NCBI GenBank assembly: GCA_035625535.1 | Contig: DASPPM010000037.1 | Coordinates: 1-41,701, forward strand | DNA from: Alphaproteobacteria bacterium | GTDB lineage: Bacteria; Pseudomonadota; Alphaproteobacteria; JACZXZ01 | Length of the DNA stretch: 41,701 nt | Direction: 5' to 3' | In this document: in pieces, positions 17,163-24,915 of the stretch | Numbering within the stretch: position 1 is the stretch's first letter | How the letters are laid out: every line of letters begins with the position of its first letter | Notes under the pieces: model-generated | The model's database searches: none | Seen by the model: the letters and a program-made list of their open reading frames with translations, nothing else | Told to the model about the DNA's origin: nothing | Translations under genes and position numbers: made by a program

Positions 17163-17310
17163 TCCACGCACTACCTCGCGGCCGAGGGCGATTCCCGCGG
17201 CCCGAAACTTGTGTTAAACCTGGGCCACCTTTCTGCCGAACGTTTCTCTGCCGGCCGGTGCCGACCCGATCATATTCTCCAACGACCCAGGCCGCACATG
17301 GCTGGGGCAT

Positions 17311-19452
17311 GTGGAGACAGCCTCCGAGGCCCCTATGTCCGATTTACTGAATTCCGAGCCGAAAGGAAAGCGTTGGCGTGTCAGTAGCGGCGTCGTTCTC
17401 ACCGCGGCGGGGATCTTGCTTGTTGCCGCCCTTGGGGTCTGGCAGGTCTTTCGCTTCGTCGACGACTTGCGGGAGCGCGATCTGCGCACTTGGCAGGACC
17501 GGCTCGGCCTGGTCGCCGACAGCCGTAAGGACGCCGTGGAGGCCTGGCTCGCCCAGCAATGGCAGGATTTGGGCGATGTCGCCGAGAGCGATTCCGTGCG
17601 GCTTTTCTTGACCCAGCTCAAGCTTGCCGGCGGCGATATAAGCAAGGTGCAGGACGGCGAGGCCCAGGCCGAATATCTCCAGAACATGCTCATCGTGAGG
17701 GCCGACGGCGCCGGCTTCAAGGCCCCCGTGCTCGGTCCCGAGGTCCCCGCCGACGTGCAGCGCATCGGGCTTGCGGGAATGGCCGTTCTCGGTCTCGACG
17801 GCAAGACGCTGGTGACGACCCACAGCATGCCGGCGCCTGATCTGGCCACAGGCGAGTTCGTCGCTTCGGCGGCCAAGGCGCGGCGCGCGCTCCGCGATAT
17901 CTTCCTCGATCCCGCCAAGCAGACCGCCATGGGCTTCCTCGTGCCCATCTATGCCATCCAGGCGGAAGCGTCGGCGGACCAGCAGGTGGGTTGGGTCCTC
18001 GGCATCAAGGAGGTCGGCAGCGAGCTCTATCCCAAGCTGAAGCAGCCGGGCGATATCGAGACGGCCGAGGCCGTGCTCGTGCGCCAGGAGGGTGCGGTCA
18101 TCCGCTATCTCTCCCCCCTCCAGGGCAACAGGCCTTTGCTGTCGTTCGCGCTCGCGACCAATACGCCTGATCTTGACGCCGCCGCCGCCATCGCCGCACC
18201 CGGCGGCTTCGAAATCAAGCGCGATTACCGCAATACGCCCGTGCTGTTCATCAGCCGGAAGATCGAGGGCACGCCGTGGCTGCTGATCTACAAGGTGGAC
18301 CGTGCCACGGCGCTCGGCGCCAGCGATCGGCGCGCGCGGGATTTGCTTGCGGTCTTCCTGCTCGCGATCCTTCTGCTCACCGCCGGCATCATCGCCATCT
18401 GGCGCCACGGTGCCTCCCAGCGCGCCTCGGAGGCCGCTCGGCGATATCGCGCGCTCGCCCAGCGCTTCGAGCATCAAGGCAATTTCCTGCGCCTCGTCAC
18501 CGACAGTCAGCCCAACTCGATCTTCATCGCCGACGAGCAATCGCGCTACCGCTTCGCCAATCGCCGGTCGGCGGACGAGGCGGGCATTCCGGCCACCGAC
18601 ATGATCGGCAAAACGCTCGCCTCCGTGCTCGGACCCGACGCCGCCAAGCGCCTCGAGCGGCTCAACCGCAGCGCGCTCGAAGATGAGAAGATGGTCTCGG
18701 CCGTTCACCGCCTGGGCGCGGGGCGCACGCTCCGCGTGCTGCAAAGCGAGCATATTCCGCTCACCACCATGCTCGACATCGTGCCGCGCGGCGTGCTCGT
18801 CGTGGAGCAGGACGTGACGGTCGCGGTGAGCGAGCGCGAGCGGCGCGAGCGTACGCTTGCCAAGCTGGTGAAGAGCCTGGTCAGCCTGGTCGACCGGCGC
18901 GACCGCTACGCCGCGGATCACTCCTCGCGCGTCGCCACCGTGGCGCACGCAATCGCGGGCGAGATGGGCCTCGACCCTACGTTGGTCGAGACCGCGGAAA
19001 CCGCCGGCAATCTCATGAACCTCGGCAAGATCTTGGTGCCGGCCGACGTCCTCACCAAGGATGGCCGCCTGAGCGAGGAGGAGATCGAGCGCGTGCGCGA
19101 CAGCCTCGATGCTACGGCCGACTTCCTCGAGGGCATCGAGTTCGACGGCCCGGTGGTCGAGACCCTGCGCCAATGCCGCGAGAATTGGGACGGCTCGGGC
19201 CGGCCGCGCGGCCTCGTGGGCGAGGCCATCGTGCCGACCGCGCGCGTGGTCGCCGTGGCCAACGCCTTCGTCGCCATGGTGAGCCCGCGGCTCAAGCGCC
19301 CCGGCCTCGACATGAACGCGGTCGCCGAGTCGCTCGTGCGCGGCATGGGCACGCGCTTCGATCGGGGGGTGGTGGCGGCCCTCATCAACTACCTCGACAA
19401 CAAGGGGGGCCGCAGCGCCTGGGCCGAGTTCTCGAACATGCCGCGGCCATAG
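17311..19452 (+). CDS. Membrane sensor: TM, periplasmic Cache-like domain, TM, PAS, and a catalytically degenerate HD-GYP-like domain
   Basis: TM1 is VVLTAAGILLVAALGVW. The ~300-aa periplasmic region ends in a Cache-like stretch, DYRNTPVLFISRKIEGTPWLLIYKV. TM2 is LLAVFLLAILLLTAGIIAIW. The PAS-like region is FLRLVTDSQPNSIFIADEQSRYRFANRRSADEAGIPATDMIGKTL. The HD-GYP-like region is DRYAADHSSRV...LMNLGK...CRENWDGSGRPRGL...AVANAFVAM. The start is GTG at 17311, or the ATG at 17335. Confidence 0.8.
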   Translation: METASEAPMSDLLNSEPKGKRWRVSSGVVLTAAGILLVAALGVWQVFRFVDDLRERDLRTWQDRLGLVADSRKDAVEAWLAQQWQDLGDVAESDSVRLFLTQLKLAGGDISKVQDGEAQAEYLQNMLIVRADGAGFKAPVLGPEVPADVQRIGLAGMAVLGLDGKTLVTTHSMPAPDLATGEFVASAAKARRALRDIFLDPAKQTAMGFLVPIYAIQAEASADQQVGWVLGIKEVGSELYPKLKQPGDIETAEAVLVRQEGAVIRYLSPLQGNRPLLSFALATNTPDLDAAAAIAAPGGFEIKRDYRNTPVLFISRKIEGTPWLLIYKVDRATALGASDRRARDLLAVFLLAILLLTAGIIAIWRHGASQRASEAARRYRALAQRFEHQGNFLRLVTDSQPNSIFIADEQSRYRFANRRSADEAGIPATDMIGKTLASVLGPDAAKRLERLNRSALEDEKMVSAVHRLGAGRTLRVLQSEHIPLTTMLDIVPRGVLVVEQDVTVAVSERERRERTLAKLVKSLVSLVDRRDRYAADHSSRVATVAHAIAGEMGLDPTLVETAETAGNLMNLGKILVPADVLTKDGRLSEEEIERVRDSLDATADFLEGIEFDGPVVETLRQCRENWDGSGRPRGLVGEAIVPTARVVAVANAFVAMVSPRLKRPGLDMNAVAESLVRGMGTRFDRGVVAALINYLDNKGGRSAWAEFSNMPRP

Positions 19453-19611
19453 GCCGGCGTCTCCGCTCGCTGAGCTCTTTGCTATTCCGGCCGTCCGTTC
19501 CCACCTAAGAGGGAAGCCCGGCCGGCACGGGCCGGGAGCGGCGCGCCTTCGAGCGCCCGGGCACGCTCGGCGGGGAGAGAACGAGGCATCGTCGCGTTAC
19601 GAGAGAGCAGC

Positions 19612-20379
19612 ATGCTCAAGCACCTGTTCACGTCGCGTCCGCAGCCGATCGAGAGGGCATTCAGCGTTCCTCGGGGCACGCGCGTCTACGCGATCGGCGA
19701 TATCCACGGCCGCGCCGACCTCCTCGAGACGCTTCACCGCAAGGTCAGAGAGGACGCGCGCCAAGCTGCCGTCGAGCGAAGATGCGTCGTCTATCTCGGC
19801 GACTATGTCGACCGCGGCCTGCAGTCGCGCGAGGTGATCGACCTCCTCCTCGACGCGCCGCTCGAGGGCTTCGAGAGCGTGCACCTCATGGGGAACCACG
19901 AGGAATTCATGCTCCGCTTCCTCGAGGAGCCGAAGGCGGGGCCGGGCTGGTTCATGAACGGCGGCGGGGCGACGCTCTACAGCTACGGCGTGCGCATGCT
20001 GGAGCGCGGGACGGACCTCACGCGCATGAGCCATCTGTGCGAGCAGCTTGGCCGCAATCTGCCGGAGCGGCACCTCGCGTTCCTGCGCGGGCTCAAGCGC
20101 TGGCATATCGAAGGCGATTATTATTTCGTCCATGCCGGCATCCGCCCGGGCGTCCCCCTCGAGCAGCAGCGCGACGAGGACACGCTGTGGATTCGCGAGC
20201 CCTTTCTCGACGACGCGAGCGATCACGGCAAGATGGTGGTGCACGGCCACACGATCATGGCCGAGCCCCAGGTGCGCCCCAACCGCATCGGCATCGATAC
20301 CGGCGCCTATGCCACGGGCGTGCTCACTTGCCTCGTGCTGGAGGGAAGCACGCGGCGCTTCCTGCAGACGAGCGCCTGA
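19612..20379 (+). CDS. PPP-family metallophosphoesterase (serine/threonine protein phosphatase 1 / PrpA-like)
   Basis: The motifs GDIHGR, GDYVDRG, GNHE, FVHAG and VVHGHT occur in the canonical order. The protein is 255 aa. Confidence 0.85.
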   Translation: MLKHLFTSRPQPIERAFSVPRGTRVYAIGDIHGRADLLETLHRKVREDARQAAVERRCVVYLGDYVDRGLQSREVIDLLLDAPLEGFESVHLMGNHEEFMLRFLEEPKAGPGWFMNGGGATLYSYGVRMLERGTDLTRMSHLCEQLGRNLPERHLAFLRGLKRWHIEGDYYFVHAGIRPGVPLEQQRDEDTLWIREPFLDDASDHGKMVVHGHTIMAEPQVRPNRIGIDTGAYATGVLTCLVLEGSTRRFLQTSA

Positions 20380-20405
20380 TACACCAGCCTCCTTCTTAAA
20401 GAGGA

Positions 20406-20433
20406 ATCGGCCGCCCGTTGAGGAGCGGCCGAT
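20406..20433. terminator. Hairpin between the convergent phosphatase and MFS genes
   Basis: atcggccgc (20406-20414) pairs perfectly with gcggccgat (20425-20433) around a 10-nt loop. There is no strong T-tract on either side. Confidence 0.4.
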
Positions 20434-20482
20434 GGGGTGGGAGTGACGCGCGAATCTCCCGCCGGCCGCGCCCGGCGCGCGC

Positions 20483-21871
20483 CTACGCCGCTTGAATTGC
20501 CGGCATCGTGTCCCCGCGGCGGTCGGATCGGGCACCGTCATCCATGAGCCACTGCAAAGCTGCCGCGGACAGCCCGATCACGATCATGGACATCCAGGCC
20601 GTCGAATATGACCCCGTAAGGTCGAAGGTCAAGCCGCCCAGCCAAGCGCCGAGAAAGGCACCCACCTGGTGGCTGAGGAACACCATGCCGAATAAGGTGT
20701 TGAGGTAGCGCAGCCCGAACATCCGTCCGATCAGGCCGCTGACAAGCGGAATCACGCCGAGCCAGAGGAAGCCCATGGCAGCCGCGAAGACGAGCGTCGA
20801 GAAGGCGGTGATGGGGGCAGTCAGGTAGAGCGCGATGGTCAAGGTCCGCAGCAGATAGATGAGAGCAAGAAGCCGCTTCTTGCTGTAGCGCGCGCCGAGA
20901 AGGCCGAAGACATAAGACCCGACCGCGTTGGCGAGCCCGATGATGCCGATCGCAGTGGCGCTTATGGTAGGGGACAGGCCGCATATCGCCAAAAATTCCG
21001 GCAGGTGCGTGGTGAGGAACATGAGCTGGAAGCCACAGGCAAAGAATGCGACCGCCATGGCGATGTAGCCGCGATGACTGAGCGCCATCATCACGGTGTC
21101 GCGTGACGAGCGGACTTCGTCGCTATCTGCCGTATCGCTTGCCGCGGGCTCTTGCCTGAGCAAGACGGCGATCACGGCCATGATCAGCGCGATGGCGGCA
21201 AACGCCATCAGGGCGGTCCTCCAACCGTAGCCCTCGATCACCGCCTGGCCGAACGGCGCCAGGACGAAGGTGGCGACCGAGCCCGCCGCCGAAACCAAGC
21301 CGACCATCTGGCTGCGTTGCTCCGGGCGCACCGCCCTTGACACCGCGCCGACCAGCACTCCGAAGCCTGTCCCTGCGATGCCGAGGCCAACCATGACGCC
21401 GGCACCGAGGCCGAGCCCAACCACCTCGCCACCGAGTGTCATCAGCAGCAGTCCGGCGGCATACACCAAGGCGCTGCCGATCAATACAGGCCGGGTGCCG
21501 TAGCGATCGCCAAGCAGCCCGATAATCGGCTGGCTCAAGCCCCACACGATGCTTTGGAGCGCCATGGCGAAGCCGAAGGCCGAGGCTGAGACCCCGAGGT
21601 CGAGATGAATCGGCCCGAGGAACAGCCCGAGGCTTTGGCGAAGGCCCATGCTGAGCGACATGGTTGTCGCGGCGATAACCACGACCAGAAGTACTTGTCG
21701 ACTCGCCGCGCGGTTGCTCGATTGGGCGATCCCCGGTGCCCGTGACAAGGATGCAGCGTCACCGGTCGCGTTCGAAAAATGCTTGGGCATTCCATGCGCT
21801 CCAAGAAGTGGCGTTGCCGCATTGGACGCGCTTGGCGCGGCTTGCTCAATCGACATTTCAGCTCGCGTCAC
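20483..21871 (-). CDS. MFS transporter (oxalate/formate-antiporter-like subgroup by general appearance)
   Basis: Twelve-TM-like hydrophobic pattern with the MFS motif GLLGDRYGTRPVL after TM2. The start is uncertain: the track M at 21871, or the ATG at 21790 (MPKHFSN...). Confidence 0.8.
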   Translation of the reverse strand: MTRAEMSIEQAAPSASNAATPLLGAHGMPKHFSNATGDAASLSRAPGIAQSSNRAASRQVLLVVVIAATTMSLSMGLRQSLGLFLGPIHLDLGVSASAFGFAMALQSIVWGLSQPIIGLLGDRYGTRPVLIGSALVYAAGLLLMTLGGEVVGLGLGAGVMVGLGIAGTGFGVLVGAVSRAVRPEQRSQMVGLVSAAGSVATFVLAPFGQAVIEGYGWRTALMAFAAIALIMAVIAVLLRQEPAASDTADSDEVRSSRDTVMMALSHRGYIAMAVAFFACGFQLMFLTTHLPEFLAICGLSPTISATAIGIIGLANAVGSYVFGLLGARYSKKRLLALIYLLRTLTIALYLTAPITAFSTLVFAAAMGFLWLGVIPLVSGLIGRMFGLRYLNTLFGMVFLSHQVGAFLGAWLGGLTFDLTGSYSTAWMSMIVIGLSAAALQWLMDDGARSDRRGDTMPAIQAA

Positions 21872-22083
21872 ATGAACAACCGGAATGTATCAATGGCTGC
21901 CACGGCTGATCCTCTTGCCGCCCAGGGACAGGTATTTCAAACGCTAACGCGCGCCGCATGGACCACCATCACTTCCTTTGCGGCGCAGTAGTCTCGCTAG
22001 GCCCCAAAACCTGTGAGTAAGCCGCGCGGTCGGGTCGTTCCCTTCCGCTGTCAACGTCGCGAGATACCTGACTGGGCTGCCCC

Positions 22084-22338
22084 TCACTGGCGAGCGTTCC
22101 AATTCCCCATTAAGAGGCGCTCCGTCATTTGGCGCTCGATATCGTCGGTCAAGCGCCCGCCCGATCGAGCGAGAAGGCGGGTGGCGTCTCGGTCGACCTG
22201 CTTCTGACGCGGCTCAAAAAAAATGGCGTCAAAAATGCGCCGGAGGACGCCGACCTTGCTCGTGACGCCATTGCTCCTGGCGACAGCCTTGTCGCCGAAG
22301 CAAGGAGCGAAATCCCTGTGATGTGCTGCATTAGCCAT
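22084..22338 (-). CDS. Small hypothetical protein (84 aa)
   Basis: Open frame with coding-like composition. The C-terminal motif SGGRLTDDIERQMTERLL resembles small conserved alphaproteobacterial proteins as I recall them, but I cannot name a family. Confidence 0.4.
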   Translation of the reverse strand: MANAAHHRDFAPCFGDKAVARSNGVTSKVGVLRRIFDAIFFEPRQKQVDRDATRLLARSGGRLTDDIERQMTERLLMGNWNARQ

Positions 22339-22470
22339 GTCCCCATCTCCGCCGTGTTCCGAACCCCGGCAATCCAGCGTTCCTAACCCGTCGTATTCGT
22401 CGTATGTATATCCGCCCTGGAATTGCAGCTGACAAAGGATGATTTCTCAGCCTATACATGAGTATTTCTC

Positions 22471-22869
22471 ATGCAGGAACCAGGACCACGGGCGAATGCC
22501 CTACGCGTGTTCGAGGCCGCCGCGCGGCATCTGAGCCTGACCAAGGCAGCGCAAGAGGTGCACGTGGCGGCGGGCGCACTGAGCCACCAGATCCGCGGGC
22601 TTGAAGAGCTGCTCGGTGTCAAGCTGTTCGAACAGCGCGTGCGATCGATCGAGCTTACGCGCGCCGGGAAGGAGCTTTATCCCGGCCTGGAGTCGGGCTG
22701 CGGCCATATCCGTGACGCCGTGGCAGGTCTGAGCAACGCGAGTCACGAACGCGTACTCGTGATCAACAGGCCGCCCGGCTTTACCTCAAAGTGGCTGCCG
22801 CCGCAGCTTTGCCGCTTCGCACGCGCTTACCCCGAGATCGATGCTCGGTTTTCCTCGGCGCGTGAATGA
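22471..22869 (+). pseudogene. LysR-family (GcvA-like) regulator, truncated after ~130 codons
   Basis: The HTH is intact (LRVFEAAARHLSLTKAAQEVHVAAGALSHQIRGLEELLGVKLFEQR). Only the first strand of the effector domain remains (VLVINRPPGFTSKWLPPQLCRFARAYPEIDARF) before a stop. Full-length LysR proteins are about 300 aa. Confidence 0.7.
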
Positions 22870-22909
22870 ATGATAGTCAGCACGCGATCACAGCGTTCGA
22901 CGCGGACCG

Positions 22910-23110
22910 TCATGGGAATCTCCCTCCGCGAACACGATAACGACATAGGTCGGCGAACCTCTCCCCTTCCTCCCTGATCGAGCGAACCATTTCTTTTTCT
23001 TCGGAACGCACAGCGGAGGGGATTCGGATCAACCAGTACGAATCCGACACGACAGGTCCCGACTGCGGCAGGCGCCCATGGGCTCGCGCGAGACCAACCG
23101 GTTCCAGACG
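22910..23110 (-). pseudogene. Remnant of the 3' end of a LysR-family gene
   Basis: Minus-strand translation from 23071 gives LPQSGPVVSDSYWLIRIPSAVRSEEKEMVRSIREEGERF...* This aligns with the C-terminus of the intact LysR at 24916..25821 (MPQPGPVTSNAYWLIRASSAPRSEVEEVIRWIKEEAEKV). There is no upstream body: it abuts the stop of the HCCA isomerase gene. Confidence 0.6.
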
Positions 23111-23116
23111 ACCTCC

Positions 23117-23746
23117 TCACACCTTCTGTTCCGACGCAAAGAGCAGAGCGTCGTCCAAGCGATCGTTGCCCCAGAACATCTCCCTCCCGACGAAGAAGGT
23201 AGGGGCGCCGAATATTCCTTTGCCACGCGCCTCTTCCGTTTGCTCTCGCAAGCGGGCTTTCGCGGGCTCGGCCTGGGCCTGTTCCAAAATGTCCGGGGCT
23301 GGGAGACCCAGCTCGGTCAAAATCGGAGCCAAGCGGTCGGGTTGGTTGATGTCCTCGTCCAGCACGAAGTTGAGTTCCATCACCCGACGGGAGAAGGCTC
23401 CGATCCACGGCTGTTCGACCCCCAGCAGCGCTACTCGCAAGGGCAGCACGCCCAGTCGTGGAAATGTGCTTGGCTTTGCCCATCGCAGCCCATACTTGCG
23501 ACACTGACGAACCATGTCCTGCCACACATAGGCACCCTTCTCCTTTTGCAGCACGAAGGGAGAGTTTTCCATGCCCAAGGCCCGGAAGATCGGTCCCAAA
23601 AAAAACGGTTTCCAAACGATGCGGACGCGGTGTCGTCGCGCCTCGTCCTCAATCCGCATGACGCTCAGGTAACTGTAGTTGCTGCCGAATTCGAACCAGA
23701 ACTCGATTTCCGGCGACGCTTCGGAGGTCACTGTTGAACGCGTCAT
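23117..23746 (-). CDS. 2-hydroxychromene-2-carboxylate isomerase family protein (DsbA-like thioredoxin fold)
   Basis: The N-terminal IEFWFEFGSNYSYLS and C-terminal GIFGAPTFFVGREMFWGNDRLDDAL patterns are typical of the HCCA isomerase / DsbA-like family. The protein is 209 aa. Confidence 0.8.
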   Translation of the reverse strand: MTRSTVTSEASPEIEFWFEFGSNYSYLSVMRIEDEARRHRVRIVWKPFFLGPIFRALGMENSPFVLQKEKGAYVWQDMVRQCRKYGLRWAKPSTFPRLGVLPLRVALLGVEQPWIGAFSRRVMELNFVLDEDINQPDRLAPILTELGLPAPDILEQAQAEPAKARLREQTEEARGKGIFGAPTFFVGREMFWGNDRLDDALLFASEQKV

Positions 23747-23802
23747 TGCGGCTTACTCCGACGTACAGAGAGAGAGCGACGAGGTACTGCAGGCGAAGCC
23801 GA

Positions 23803-24726
23803 TCAGCCGTAAGTCACGAGGCAGCGGACCTCGATGCTCTCCCTGAGGGGTGCATGAGGTGGAATCTCAGGGAGATCGAAGGCTGAGTGCGGCGTGAAGC
23901 GGGCCACGCCGTTCACTTGAGAATCATATTGTTTGAAGACCAAGGCCTCGTGGCTGTCCATCTCGGAGAAATAGAACCACTGGTGGCGCGGAGAGTGCTG
24001 CACGAGGTATCTCTCGCCGGTGCGGTGGGGATAGAGAAGATCGCCCGCAACGAGATCCCTCGCCGAGACCGTTCGCGCATCGCACACCGCAAGCGGGGTA
24101 TCCATGACCTGCCCTCGGATGGAACGCCAGATGTTGACGATGGCGAAGCGTTGCACCTTCGAGCCAACGTGATGATCCAAATCCACGACCTCGAAACGCT
24201 TCTGTCCGGAGGCTTCGCTGTAGTCGGTGTGCACGTGCCCCACCGCACCAGGGCGGCTACCGTCACCCTTGCGTCCGAAACCCAGTGGGGGACGCCCCAT
24301 CTCTCGCCGTCGAATGGTGTGATCGAAAATGTACGCATGTCCGGCACCCGTAACACATTTCGCCAGCTCGGCCGCTTCCGCGTAATAGCGGCTTCGGATG
24401 GCGTCCTCGTCCTCTAAGTCGATCATCGAGGTGGGGGCATTCCACAACTCAAATCCTTCCACGTGAATGGTGGGAGCTGAGGCCATGGCCCGGGCGTCTG
24501 CGATCCGTGCCGGCCTCACCCGATATTCGCAGTTGTGCCAAGCCCGTCCGGCCGGCGGTTCGTACATATAGTTGTAGGGGCGCTCCTTCGTCGGGGAGAG
24601 GTAACCAAGTCCAGCTGTCACGCAGGGTACTCTCGGTATTGCGGGTGAGAAGTTGCAGATGGCAAGACCCGTCCCGTGCCCGGAATGACGAATATTCTGT
24701 GGCGAAAGCAACATTAGGGTTTGCAT
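23803..24726 (-). CDS. CmcJ/NvfI-family (AsaB-like) putative oxygenase
   Basis: The family-typical N-terminal segment YLSPTKERPYNYMYEPPAGRAWHNCEYRVRPARIADAR...VEGFEL is present. The core is HVHTDYS...FAIVNIWRSI...DTPLAVCDARTV. The start is the ATG at 24726, or the GTG at 24621; the track ORF start at 24912 is probably too far upstream. Confidence 0.65.
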   Translation of the reverse strand: MQTLMLLSPQNIRHSGHGTGLAICNFSPAIPRVPCVTAGLGYLSPTKERPYNYMYEPPAGRAWHNCEYRVRPARIADARAMASAPTIHVEGFELWNAPTSMIDLEDEDAIRSRYYAEAAELAKCVTGAGHAYIFDHTIRRREMGRPPLGFGRKGDGSRPGAVGHVHTDYSEASGQKRFEVVDLDHHVGSKVQRFAIVNIWRSIRGQVMDTPLAVCDARTVSARDLVAGDLLYPHRTGERYLVQHSPRHQWFYFSEMDSHEALVFKQYDSQVNGVARFTPHSAFDLPEIPPHAPLRESIEVRCLVTYG

Positions 24727-24915
24727 GGCCCCTCCGGTTCGCCACCGCAAGAATCGTCTTTGCCTGCGACGGTGGCGATGAGCGACGCCATCATCAAAGG
24801 CGATCTCAAACGTCGGCGCAAACGAGGAAAACTTCCCATTTGCATGCATCAGGGGAATGTGAAAAATCCGCGTGCCGGTCGAGGAATGAGGCACGACGGC
24901 GAAGATCGCCAAATT

